Shown: positions 49,101 to 58,005 of the stretch, piece by piece
Numbering within the stretch: the first letter of the stretch is position 1
Layout: each line of letters begins with the position of its first letter
Source: a virus
Length of the DNA: 64,000 nucleotides
Virus record (IMG/VR): IMGVR_UViG_3300033146_005439
Location: 1 to 64,000 of that record
Reading direction: 5' to 3' (one strand)
Translations under genes and position numbers: made by a program
The notes under the pieces: model-generated
Databases searched by the model: none
Told to the model about the DNA's origin: nothing
Seen by the model: the letters and a program-made list of their open reading frames with translations, nothing else

Positions 49101-49958
49101 ACCTAAAGTACCACTTATGATTTTAAAAGTAGAAGATTCTGTATAAATTACTTGAGAATAAGCATAACTACCCACACCTACTAAAGCCAAAGCATTTTCT
49201 ATAAGTACTGCTAATTCTTTACCAGAAATATTTGATAAAGTGCCTAGTTCAATTTTTTCAATACCATAATTATCTATATTTATATATAAAAAATCAGAAT
49301 AATCTGTAATTAAATTAAAATAAGCATCCGTAGAAAAACCTTCTATATAACCTTCTTTACCTGCACCTAAACAATTTTTCGTATAATTAACATAATAAGA
49401 ACAATTTCTATTAGTACATAAAGAAACATCATTAGAATCAAAACTAATATGACTAATATAAAAAATATCATATAATTTAACATCTAAACCTATATAAAAT
49501 CTAATGTCCTTAATGTCATCTTGCCAAGTAATTTTTTCTCTCAAGTCTAACATATAATTATGCCAAGTATCTCTACTAGCATCTATATTAAATTCAAAAG
49601 AGCACTCTTCTGACCAAGTAGTATCTTGTATTCTTTGCCACATAAGTTTAGCTTTAGAAATACCAGGCACTGATCTTTCTATATTTTTATCTTCCCATTT
49701 TAATTTAACATTAAATATATAAAAATCAGCAGCTTTAAAAGGAACAACACCATCAGATCTACCTATATAACAAAAGGTATCTAAAGCAGTGCCAAATAAT
49801 ATAGAATCCCAAACACCATATAAGGCTATATTAGTGTAGATATCCCAACCTTCTACATCACCATTAATACCAAAAGTAGATTGTAATATAGAGTAGGTTT
49901 CAAAACGACAACCCACACTATTACACATATTACGTGACTGTTTTAAAAAATTATACAT
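43125..49958 (-). CDS. giant putative virion protein with discoidin- and LamG-like modules
   Basis: 2277 aa. NVAYRCSTEQTS...LILTFDAVYDISRIEIYN is discoidin-like; GTIDF...VSFTWD...LCLDG...DLKIYNY is LamG-like. Confidence 0.55.
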   Translation of the reverse strand: MYNFLKQSRNMCNSVGCRFETYSILQSTFGINGDVEGWDIYTNIALYGVWDSILFGTALDTFCYIGRSDGVVPFKAADFYIFNVKLKWEDKNIERSVPGISKAKLMWQRIQDTTWSEECSFEFNIDASRDTWHNYMLDLREKITWQDDIKDIRFYIGLDVKLYDIFYISHISFDSNDVSLCTNRNCSYYVNYTKNCLGAGKEGYIEGFSTDAYFNLITDYSDFLYINIDNYGIEKIELGTLSNISGKELAVLIENALALVGVGSYAYSQVIYTESSTFKIISGTLGKDSVVTILYSKCAELLGFYDGAFNFIGISEQGLDIVDGFEYKATVLLDTNTKNKLRDNDAFRDAYTHKPDNYSVEIGRADFVNTFTTLSDVSTFKNLTELYNINSIGRTIVDITHVATANGRMHIFRFSGYAYEGAALKVLRPRNDGSYKVVYSKLITPNLAEDKLYSKNLNLIKVDCNFMLCKGDVIGLYNVTILASLNSDLAIDATYFYAEGEIIDTVIPTEVHSTGLSGLAFYGHSKYKAVDLSLDIFFDKPLDISNIFVVGNIEDSFYEYNVAICKDLSFDVDLFEETHFHRWTTCDGVYTQWVEHKNMYFGKDALSDGQVFLDSGLLGIDYVNVGLGTSTDGLETYGKHAYFYVNGDAEWLRGSYPDIAEFYVCPDKLIDYEEDPIAFDLYFPKDIQLPIHKIAIYFKESNNFKNFYLAYLHDLNYTNGSVLSDRRFSYIKDTTFETINVNDTTYFKGDDPNVDIYLWRNPVIKKLPSYEEHAQDIYLCSYLLYWNFLEYTFTPVECKGFRFFTDLHYSTKLFEIEIYTKSLYSSSLVEITSVLATNNDNSQESLNTAVYTKGLSATVTNNYKHFNLKFKSAHTFSLKEFLFNTKQQVTTDKSALSLNNVKKHFKSKELKLDFSNPYEVPADLNINLPKMLLNSSDLIFYSSLNSVDSILEPAYGPKPYLVKKSTFFIENQGMIAINLPTYGLVNLVDSSLLYISCDFVYWEFKGLLIHDVPLELPTKFYCDTTKIEGVFEPVSTNYFLIKTDDPNIVHLLRNFSLLYEDTLVDIDYIFVGTHIGREEIRLNSNTNFILGDYIYKYDFEGSSLSEWVVDLIGGATVTEEDSCVTFKTCANLMIYVDKPEPFFSMYKLFNIYGDLGVDFYLKYSVSDNRFRSSQYDISYNLEINYGDHIKVFLDSVVGSSDCTVKVTIYKDTTFLYTHYFSNFCLHTYNLITFVKVADTFIFSINNILLYKGVYPDTVFSKISFNNFKTNYDVFQADLFSIDYIYLFKPAILYKDTFVGFKLKEKAPTNKFIFIDALSDDASFLIYTSMDGSNYFLVEQPHLVVNSTTLLIALDLKQRYSLDIIRNYYCGDDSSELLFIDKYSNVIEYSNDDIDDINNVIFSSTYLDCRWLLLKIECLSTKATTISKLGIYSDIRYRLTPTGKFNTSWHYLGTFSTDYLLDTNVAYRCSTEQTSYYVDTFPVYNVVDNNINYDPSVLAGWIFEKPQESLVQPSLILTFDAVYDISRIEIYNGLYKDILLEGVLKINILVSTTLFGDDFTNVLSNFYLSTRNFYNNIVLLELFAARRLKIEVLDAKYIEVYYTDVTTNLNSLSFLTGLKEVKVYREVNTNLFIDSHKYPVICYYLRDSFQISAHSLEGLVNYAEWFNEEAFYAYSADSYEDPAKVSFYKKKDSILYFKFEGPLIDLYLCKKYKIEDSLYLNSGKYIVRWQALNTDIYKNQYLYFEGKYSQTINVLVVGSNWTDQISNFVLEEPGLYNIYIINEDADSHTDWGIQNLFLYSYIIQSYWVALTANTAECQSFNNDSSFKKDRALCKLYLFSLGTFNITEYWWWWKTLYSTTILTNDSLNVLKGSRSLVIKLGPNILFEEVLYNPGDSLGVDLNFSIFDFLCFDLKISGPEGLNTDKFYIYLEGLTEDKTVFWYKFRITPKDLKAGWNSVRLSFFEAVEKFPYNLGTYLNADLDLRKAFKLNTIKIQPYFKDSSIVTLWLDTFRIERNTCDNYIYNFKSLYLFEDEYLSIPLTKLSFSRGTIDFIVKLGTTSHGSDIFRNPQTVVFFTLSNNNNEYISLILKRGNWFAFEYGLLKEANLCYLERAPVNKFFNIGEDVAVSFTWDMSSAGVNNSGDNFELCLDGKRALSAKSYFKFSQDTNIYFKLGGGLRQAFSEGSLFTNLFFADLKIYNYSKSSLANALEVYKEANYYIDIREPNKQVVHNLSTGTLPLIYTQVPVSGVVSVYISVDKSRDFLYLDYTAALLIEWLISE

Positions 49959-50361
49959 GCTTTTTTCTTAGTCTACATTTATCTTTCAAATCTTTATAAC
50001 AATTACCCTCATTATCTACACCAGAACATACACCACAATAAAATAAATCTGTATCAGCATTAATTTTTATAAATTGCTTATTATATTTTACAAAAAAAGC
50101 CTTCTTTTTATAATATAAAGCTTGTTCTAATAAGTATAATCTTACCTTATATTCAATGTCTTTTAAGGTATACTCCACAGATTTACCGCAAGCATCACAT
50201 TTATAGTATAAAGTATCTAAATCAACATCCTCTACTTTTAACTTTAATAATTCTTCTTCAGAATAATCTTTTTCTAATTTAAATACATAAGAATATCTAG
50301 TAGTATCTATATCTAAATCCATAAAACTACCACAATCACAAGGTATCGGTATAAAATTCAT
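49951..50361 (-). CDS. small Cys-rich Zn-binding protein
   Basis: CDC, CDAC, CGVC...C...C in 136 aa. Confidence 0.65.
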   Translation of the reverse strand: MNFIPIPCDCGSFMDLDIDTTRYSYVFKLEKDYSEEELLKLKVEDVDLDTLYYKCDACGKSVEYTLKDIEYKVRLYLLEQALYYKKKAFFVKYNKQFIKINADTDLFYCGVCSGVDNEGNCYKDLKDKCRLRKKHV

Positions 50362-53300
50362 TCCTCATCTTCCTCTTCTGTAGGTTGTTCTTCTTCATAC
50401 TTATTATGCGCTATATAATAATGATCAGCACCAAAATAATCAGGATCTTTTACTATATATTGATTTTTAAATATATTGTAGTAACGCGTTAAAATACCAG
50501 CTGTATTATAAAATTCTCCAGATTGATTTGCTCTAACATATCTATATTCTATAGTACCTTCACCACAAACTATAGTTTCGTAAGGAGGAAAAACATACCA
50601 TTCCCATAAATGACCGCCTGGATAAAATAAAGATTTAGCTTCCACAGGTATAAGAGTACCTGTATCATTATTTCTTAATGTAAAAGACCATTCAGGCACT
50701 CGAGTAACACCTACTCTTTTAAAAAAATTACCTAAAACATCTTTAAGACAAGAATCATATACTATAATACCACTAATAAGTTGACTAGTTTTATCATAAA
50801 GCTCTTTTTGCTTATTTTCAAGTTCTAAATAATCTCCTTCAACTATAACAAACTCATCTTTAATTTCTGATAAACTACGACTATAAAACTTACTTATGGT
50901 TTTTAATTTATGTTTAGTAACTAAAGCTGCACCACTTATACCATAACGAGTGTCTACTTGTACAAGTGTACTTATTTCTTCTGGGTGTCTATGTAAAGTT
51001 CTATATATATCTGTCCCTTGAACAGGAAAATTTCCACAAGAACCTTTTGATACTTTAAATAAACGTTCATAAGTATTTAATTTAACATCTACATCCATAT
51101 AAATACTTTCTCTTAAAGAAAAACCTATTAAATGTATAAATTCTCCTAAATAATTACTTTTATTATTTTCTTCATAATAATTATTTAAATTCCTTATATA
51201 AATAGGATCTATACTTAAAACAAGTTTTACATAAGAAATGCCATATTTAGCTTCTTCAAAGGTCAATTTATGACGCAATTGAAAATCTTTAATCGTAAAA
51301 TCTAAAGTATCTTCGGAAAAAGTTTGCATTATATACTCTTTTTCTACATCTTGACCATTTATACCAAAATACAATCTTATATTAGGTATAGCAAACCACT
51401 TATCAAAACCCAAAGCATCCGTAAATTTACCGTAATTAAAACTTAAATTCAAATACTCTATTAATTTAGGTAGTTTAAAAGTAATCAATATAGTTAAAGA
51501 AGTTAATAAACTCGCTTGTTTATATAGTAGGTCTAAAGGTATAGAACCTGGTATATCTATTAAATTATCCATAGATGAAAACATAGATTCTGGGTCATCA
51601 GTTGGTAAATTTAAATTAACTAAATAATCATCAATAACAAATACTTGTTTAGGTATACCAGTGTCTAATAAGTCTCTCTTTATATGTATAGCTAGGCCTC
51701 TATTAAAAAAGTATTCTTTTTCTTCACCCATATTATTAAAGTAACCTATGGTACGTCTTTCTTTTCTAGCTAATTCCTCTAATTCTTCTGTGGAGTCTTT
51801 TGATTCTTTTTTTTCATATAAAACCCTACCTGCTTTATATTCAGCAATATTATTAGGCATAGACAATGTATATACACCATTTAACCAATCTATACCAGAA
51901 CATAACTTATAATAATGAATATCTTCTTCTATATTAGTAATATCAGAAAAAACAATACCATCTGGAACATCACTAGGATCTTCTACTATATTAAAATCAG
52001 AGTCATATAATAAAGCAGGCCCTTCATCTAAGTAAAAAGCATAATAATATAATTTTGTTTGCTCTTCCTCATTTTCTAAAACACCTATTCTAAAACTAAT
52101 AGTATGTAGCCCTTCAGTAGGTACGCGTCGTCCTTCCCTTAATCTATAGTCATAACCATATTCAGGATAATTAATATCTAAAAAAGGTAAATAATCATAA
52201 ATTAGTTCATCTAAAGTATCATTTAAAAAAGATTCTTCAAATAATTCTGTACGATCCTGCTCTATAATCACCTCTAAAGATTTCCACTCCTGTCTCCAAG
52301 CATGCATAATTGATTCATGTGGTAAAGCTGCATTAGGACTTGCAACATTTAAAGGTTTATAAGTTACATAACCATTTACTCTTTTTAAACCTTCTAAAGT
52401 TTTCTTATTATATTCTGGAACACTCTGTGGATAAGTTATACCAGCTATAGTATGATGATCATAAAAAACATCATTGTATCTTAATGACTCTTCTACAAAT
52501 ACCTCATCTAAATTATGGCTATCTACATTTGTACCTAATAAAATGCCTAATTGATTAATATAACTTGATATATTATCTTCATTAAAATATTTTTTATATT
52601 GATAATCTTCTGCCGCAAAATCTAAACTTGTTAAAGCATAATTTTGTGGAACAGGCATCCATTTATCTCCTAAAAATGAAAATATAGTATCACCAATAGT
52701 TTGATTATAGTAATAATTAAAATTACCTTCACTTCTAAAAGATATTAATTGGTCTCTATAAGTATCACCAAAAGGTGGCATATTTTCACTAGAACATTGT
52801 TGCATATTATATAAATTTTCACCTTCTAAATGCGTTACCATACGAGCAGTACCAGAAAACCAAGCATCACTAGTACGTGTACCATTTATAAAAGTATAAT
52901 CACAGGAACAATCATTAAAAGATAAATGTGTAAATAGTACTCTTCCTAAATTATCTTCAGGCCCTAACATGCGCATATCAAATCTATTATGTTCCCAATG
53001 ATCATAACATTTTTTAGGTACCTGTCCTGGCTCAGTTTCATCATCTTCATAATCTTCAGCTGTACATTCCCATAATTCCATAACACCTAAGTCACCACCA
53101 CCTTGTATGGCTAAACTAGTTTGCTCGTATTTAGCAAAATCTTTACAAGAAACATAAGGATACCACATCCAATAATCTATATGACAAGAAGGTGGCGGAT
53201 AATAAGTATGATCACCACAAGGAGGTGCACTACCTTGAATATCCGTTCTATAATATATTTTAGATGCTTGAACTACATTACAATAACCATTAGGTTTTAT

Positions 53301-55733
53301 AATATGCCAATCATATGTAGCTGACCAAAAATATTTAATTTCTACAGAACTACAATAAGGCTGTTTAACCCAACTAACAATATCTGTCTTAATTTGTCCT
53401 TTAATATAACCAGTTAAAGTACTTTTAAAAGGCACTGATAAAATAATAGGAGCTCTTTCTAAATTAGAAAATATGAATTTAGTACCTTGCCACTCCACTT
53501 CTTGATTAATTTTTTTTACAGCATCTCTATTAGGTTTAGGAGGTTTATTCAAAGGATAAAAAGTTATAAAAGCATCATCTATTTCTTCATAAGAAGCATA
53601 AGGTTTTGTGTTTAACTGATCTGTATCACTATATTTTTCATATATAATAACTTTTTTTATAAATATATTAGCTTTATATAAAGTTGTAAAAGAAGCATAA
53701 TCTTTAGGAGCAATAACTATAGCATTATTTTCCATAGAAGTTAAACCTACATATTTAGTCATGTAATCTATAGTTTTTTCCTCGCCAAATAAAGTTACAC
53801 CTACTAAACTTAAACCTTCTAATTCTAAAGGTCTAATTAAACTATGTAATAACTTAAATTCATCTGGTATATTTAATAAGATTAAACCACTATTACCTAA
53901 AAAATTTAAAGCATTAGTAGCAATACTTATATTTTTATATACAGTTATTTTATACAAATTATAACCTAAAGTATATGACTCTACTGAAGGTGTATAAGTA
54001 GGTGGTTTTTCATTATGATAACAAGTATCTAAGTACCATCCTATAGGTTGAGCTTGTAAACCATCACCACAAACAGATAAAAAATTTACTTCTGCTTTTA
54101 CTGAAAGTGTTTTTAAATGAAATCTTAAATCAAAATAAGGTAAATATGAATATTGATTATGTGAATTATAACAAGTAAAAGAAGTTTGAGCTAATAAAGC
54201 ACCACAAAAAAGTTTCGTTATTTTTATACTATCATACTCAAAGTAAGTATCATTATAAGAAATAACTACTATAATATTTTCCCCAAAACGCGTTTCTACA
54301 TCTATATCAAAATAAGAAGCCCAAATATCTTTATTTAAATTATTAAATACTTTGTCTGAATAAAAAAAAGTTAATAAAAATAAAAATTTTTGTAGTTTAT
54401 TAAAAACATTATCATAATAAAGTCTAGCTTCCTCTGTATCAGGTAAATCTTTTTTTAAAAAAAATAAAGAACTATAATCTACTAATTCTGCAGGATAACC
54501 TATATCTAGTAAACTTAAATTAATAGCTACTACTTTAGTATTTATCTTAGGATTATCACCTAATAATTTTATATACTTATCTTTTTCTCTAGATACTTCA
54601 AAAATATAATCAAACTCTTGAGAGGAAGAAGTCTTATTATAAAAAGTAGAATAAATAATAGGTAAACAAGGAGACTCTTCTAATTCAGTAATTAATGTAG
54701 GATAATCTGCAACTATACCATCTGAAGCATTGCCTTTTGTTAATAAAGTACTCTCGTTTTCTAATTTAAAAGTATCAAAATTAGAAATATATACTCTAAA
54801 AGAATCAATTTTAAAATCTACTATTTCATTATTTAAATAAATTACATCTGGCCTATCACCCCCAAAAGTAAAAATCTCAGGATTAATAAAATAAGTATAA
54901 AAAAAATCAGAAGTCCACCTATTACGTAAAGAATTATATCTTACCTCAAAAATACTATAAGCATTAACTTTTTCCCCAGACTGTAATTTTATATCAGATA
55001 AAGCAGTAAAATCATTATTAGCACAAACAACATAACCATTATAATACTTACACTCCGCTTTAGCGCCGTTACAAGGGTAAATAATAAAATCTTCCTCTTC
55101 TGAAGTATCTATATTTAAAGTTTTAAATTTTTGAGTATATTCAGAATCTGAATGTGTGCATTTAAATTCTGGAAAAATAATAGTATAAAAACCACAATCT
55201 GTAAGTTGATTTTTATCTAATTTATAAAAATAATCTTCATTTCTCCACCAATAACATCTACCAAAAGATACTCTATTATTTAATAAAGCATAATTTATAG
55301 GTAGATGATCACAAACACCAGAATAAGTGGTAAAACCTAAAATAGAAGGTGTATAACAAGAACAATTTAAAGATGTACCATCTGATATAGCATCTGTATC
55401 TGGATTATGAAACACACAATGGTCTTTATTATAACTACTAATAATAGAATAATCTATAGTAGTATCACTTATAGTAACTCTACAACAATCTCTTATGGCA
55501 TCTAACTGATATAAACTAGGTAAAATACAACAAGGTTCTACTTTATTTAGACGAGGTTTATATTTAGTACACCTAAACTCATTACCTATTAAATTACATC
55601 TAGGATAAAAACTAGGTAAATTACCTTGTGTATAATCTACAAAAGTACAAGTAGTATCTTCAAAATTCCAATAAATACAAGTACTAGAAGCATAAATATC
55701 CCAATACTTACAAGGGACCCCAAAATCTTCCAT
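50358..55733 (-). CDS. giant Cys-rich hypothetical protein, probably structural
   Basis: 1791-aa uninterrupted ORF; dense Cys in the N-terminal ~240 aa and in the middle; acidic tail. Confidence 0.6.
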   Translation of the reverse strand: MEDFGVPCKYWDIYASSTCIYWNFEDTTCTFVDYTQGNLPSFYPRCNLIGNEFRCTKYKPRLNKVEPCCILPSLYQLDAIRDCCRVTISDTTIDYSIISSYNKDHCVFHNPDTDAISDGTSLNCSCYTPSILGFTTYSGVCDHLPINYALLNNRVSFGRCYWWRNEDYFYKLDKNQLTDCGFYTIIFPEFKCTHSDSEYTQKFKTLNIDTSEEEDFIIYPCNGAKAECKYYNGYVVCANNDFTALSDIKLQSGEKVNAYSIFEVRYNSLRNRWTSDFFYTYFINPEIFTFGGDRPDVIYLNNEIVDFKIDSFRVYISNFDTFKLENESTLLTKGNASDGIVADYPTLITELEESPCLPIIYSTFYNKTSSSQEFDYIFEVSREKDKYIKLLGDNPKINTKVVAINLSLLDIGYPAELVDYSSLFFLKKDLPDTEEARLYYDNVFNKLQKFLFLLTFFYSDKVFNNLNKDIWASYFDIDVETRFGENIIVVISYNDTYFEYDSIKITKLFCGALLAQTSFTCYNSHNQYSYLPYFDLRFHLKTLSVKAEVNFLSVCGDGLQAQPIGWYLDTCYHNEKPPTYTPSVESYTLGYNLYKITVYKNISIATNALNFLGNSGLILLNIPDEFKLLHSLIRPLELEGLSLVGVTLFGEEKTIDYMTKYVGLTSMENNAIVIAPKDYASFTTLYKANIFIKKVIIYEKYSDTDQLNTKPYASYEEIDDAFITFYPLNKPPKPNRDAVKKINQEVEWQGTKFIFSNLERAPIILSVPFKSTLTGYIKGQIKTDIVSWVKQPYCSSVEIKYFWSATYDWHIIKPNGYCNVVQASKIYYRTDIQGSAPPCGDHTYYPPPSCHIDYWMWYPYVSCKDFAKYEQTSLAIQGGGDLGVMELWECTAEDYEDDETEPGQVPKKCYDHWEHNRFDMRMLGPEDNLGRVLFTHLSFNDCSCDYTFINGTRTSDAWFSGTARMVTHLEGENLYNMQQCSSENMPPFGDTYRDQLISFRSEGNFNYYYNQTIGDTIFSFLGDKWMPVPQNYALTSLDFAAEDYQYKKYFNEDNISSYINQLGILLGTNVDSHNLDEVFVEESLRYNDVFYDHHTIAGITYPQSVPEYNKKTLEGLKRVNGYVTYKPLNVASPNAALPHESIMHAWRQEWKSLEVIIEQDRTELFEESFLNDTLDELIYDYLPFLDINYPEYGYDYRLREGRRVPTEGLHTISFRIGVLENEEEQTKLYYYAFYLDEGPALLYDSDFNIVEDPSDVPDGIVFSDITNIEEDIHYYKLCSGIDWLNGVYTLSMPNNIAEYKAGRVLYEKKESKDSTEELEELARKERRTIGYFNNMGEEKEYFFNRGLAIHIKRDLLDTGIPKQVFVIDDYLVNLNLPTDDPESMFSSMDNLIDIPGSIPLDLLYKQASLLTSLTILITFKLPKLIEYLNLSFNYGKFTDALGFDKWFAIPNIRLYFGINGQDVEKEYIMQTFSEDTLDFTIKDFQLRHKLTFEEAKYGISYVKLVLSIDPIYIRNLNNYYEENNKSNYLGEFIHLIGFSLRESIYMDVDVKLNTYERLFKVSKGSCGNFPVQGTDIYRTLHRHPEEISTLVQVDTRYGISGAALVTKHKLKTISKFYSRSLSEIKDEFVIVEGDYLELENKQKELYDKTSQLISGIIVYDSCLKDVLGNFFKRVGVTRVPEWSFTLRNNDTGTLIPVEAKSLFYPGGHLWEWYVFPPYETIVCGEGTIEYRYVRANQSGEFYNTAGILTRYYNIFKNQYIVKDPDYFGADHYYIAHNKYEEEQPTEEEDEE

Positions 55734-55744
55734 TAAATAAACCC

Positions 55745-57307
55745 TTAAGAATAATCAAAAAATAATCTATAAATTACTTGAGAAGCACCTGTTTCTGAAG
55801 CACCTAACTTTATACCAAACCATATAGGATCAGAAATTAAAGAGGTATTACCTACTAACTCTGAATCATCTGCATTAGTTACTTCACTTAAATTAGCTTT
55901 TGTTGCATGTAAATAAGCCGGAGGTATATCAGAATCAATATCTGTTGGTTGTATATTAGGATAAAATTCAATACCATCTTCGTTACCTGAACCTGCCGGC
56001 TGTCCTGGACCAGCAGTACCAAAATGCATTAAGGTATCCATATTACCGGCATCATGATGTAAAAAAGAACCATGACTATGTAAACCAAAACGAACACTAC
56101 TTAAAATACAAGCACCACTTAATACTTCAAAGCCCACACATTTAACATCGGATTCTGTAGATACAGTAACATTTCCAAAATTAATGCTATCTATATCGTA
56201 ATATTGAGGTAAAGGCCCATGACAAGTAACTTTAAAAGTATCACCCGCCCTCAATTTATCTGAAGAACCATTTGATTTAAAAGTAATATTAACTCCTCTA
56301 GATCCTAAAGACATACTTACACCAGAAGCTGAAGTTAACGCAGCTCCTGCCATATCACCACGTGTAGAAGAATATGCAAAATAAGCTTGACCAGGTAAAG
56401 CATCTAAATTAGTTCCTTCAGCATAATCAGGTTTATAACAATCAATTGTCCAACTTCCAGTATCAAACACTGCATCAGAAAATTTAACCATTAAACCTAA
56501 AGTACCTACATTATACCAATAATCCGGGTATAATAACTCTGTAGCTGAAGTTGAGGAATCACTTACAGGAGAAGAACTCCAAGACATCTTTGGAACATTC
56601 CCCGTACCAGCACCCATCGTAGTACCATTAGTAGTATCTATACTCAAAGTATAAGTAGTATCAGCACTTCCATTATATATACCACCAGTAGTTAATACAC
56701 CATCATAATTTATATTAGATACTGGGTCACCTATACCACGTGAATAGCCTGAATTATCATTTGTTATTACAATAGTATAAATTTCAGGCAAAAAACCTTT
56801 ATACACGCCAGATACATCTAAATAACCTTGATAATTATTATTACTAGCAGCACCCCCAACTTCATCACGAGTATCAAAACCCAAAACTTGATAAGCATTA
56901 TGATCACCTGAAGTACTTATGGCCACAGATGAAGATAAACCTAAACTACCAGAATATATTTTAAAACTATTACCAATACTTTTATTATTTTCCCATAAAC
57001 ATAAAGATTTATCCCAAGTGTCATCATTTTTACCTAAACTTCTTAATTTATTAGTAATATCTTGAGCTATCATACGTGGATCTAAATCTATACCAGAAGT
57101 TAAAGTTATGTAAGGTCCTGAAGAACCATCTAATTGTAAATATAATCTATTTGTTGTAGGCCCTATATTAATTGTATCTCCTATATTACTAAGAGCTGTA
57201 GCTGTTCCTGATGTACCTTTACAGCCTGCACCTCTACCATCACTTATAGTACCACCCAGAGTTACATCATATTGTACCCACCTTGTTTCAGCTGCACACA
57301 TACACAC
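55745..57307 (-). CDS. Gly/Ser/Thr-rich putative virion structural protein
   Basis: 520 aa, beta-rich and GC-richer than neighbours; AAGGAGG RBS; C-terminal YRLFFDYS. Confidence 0.6.
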   Translation of the reverse strand: MCMCAAETRWVQYDVTLGGTISDGRGAGCKGTSGTATALSNIGDTINIGPTTNRLYLQLDGSSGPYITLTSGIDLDPRMIAQDITNKLRSLGKNDDTWDKSLCLWENNKSIGNSFKIYSGSLGLSSSVAISTSGDHNAYQVLGFDTRDEVGGAASNNNYQGYLDVSGVYKGFLPEIYTIVITNDNSGYSRGIGDPVSNINYDGVLTTGGIYNGSADTTYTLSIDTTNGTTMGAGTGNVPKMSWSSSPVSDSSTSATELLYPDYWYNVGTLGLMVKFSDAVFDTGSWTIDCYKPDYAEGTNLDALPGQAYFAYSSTRGDMAGAALTSASGVSMSLGSRGVNITFKSNGSSDKLRAGDTFKVTCHGPLPQYYDIDSINFGNVTVSTESDVKCVGFEVLSGACILSSVRFGLHSHGSFLHHDAGNMDTLMHFGTAGPGQPAGSGNEDGIEFYPNIQPTDIDSDIPPAYLHATKANLSEVTNADDSELVGNTSLISDPIWFGIKLGASETGASQVIYRLFFDYS

Positions 57308-57322
57308 AACCTCCTTATAAAA

Positions 57323-57973
57323 TTATTTTTTTTGTTCTATAGTAAAAATATACTTAACTGTAGGCATATAATTATTATTCATATCTCTTACTCCAGAAAT
57401 AGTTACAGTATAAGTTCTTCCATACATAAAATACATACTTTGAGGTGTTATACTACAAATTAAATCTTTATATGCAGAACCTGCAGCAGATATTGTAGCT
57501 TTTAAATACTTATGTCTAAAATTATAGGTTCTAAATGATGCTGAAAAAAAAGAGGACTCTTTAAAAGTAACATCATTAACCATATTAATACCAAAAGTAA
57601 GCACGTAATCAGTAGGAAAATATTTAACTTTATTATAAATAACTTTATAACCAAAAGTTAAAATATACTCTTTTTCAATACTATCTACACCATTAGTAGC
57701 TACTGCTCTAACTACACAAGATTTTTTAGGATAAAACTTATACTTTATATTATATCCTCCTAAAATAGGTGTATATATACCAGATAAAGTTATAATACCA
57801 CTTGTAGTAGGTAAAAAACAATGAGTTACCTTAGAATTATCTATATAAAGATATGTTCCTGAACAAGTGACACTATTACTATAATCTACAAGATCTACAC
57901 TTAAAGATAACCCTTTATCAATATTTACTATTTCATCTTTTGCTATATTAAAATTCTTAATTTCTATACTCAT
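57323..57973 (-). CDS. Ig-like putative virion protein
   Basis: C-terminal PQ...YGRTYTVTISGVRDMNNN...FT resembles a Big_5-type domain. Confidence 0.55.
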   Translation of the reverse strand: MSIEIKNFNIAKDEIVNIDKGLSLSVDLVDYSNSVTCSGTYLYIDNSKVTHCFLPTTSGIITLSGIYTPILGGYNIKYKFYPKKSCVVRAVATNGVDSIEKEYILTFGYKVIYNKVKYFPTDYVLTFGINMVNDVTFKESSFFSASFRTYNFRHKYLKATISAAGSAYKDLICSITPQSMYFMYGRTYTVTISGVRDMNNNYMPTVKYIFTIEQKK

Positions 57974-57991
57974 AATATACCTACTTATTAA

Positions 57992-58005
57992 AAGGTTAGA
58001 TTAAT
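57992..58005 (-). promoter_or_regulatory. putative phage late-promoter motif ATTAATCTAACCTT, copy 2
   Basis: Exact 14-mer shared with 1598-1611; fills the short gap that heads the 57973-38121 gene run. Confidence 0.5.

Noticed and set aside
2529-57463. Short nested or antisense ORFs in the track (2529, 2904, 9468, 11559, 13618, 15773, 21160, 23887, 26474, 27564, 30163, 30432, 30440, 53121, 57272)
   Set aside because: They lie within or opposite well-supported genes and have no motifs; treated as shadow ORFs.
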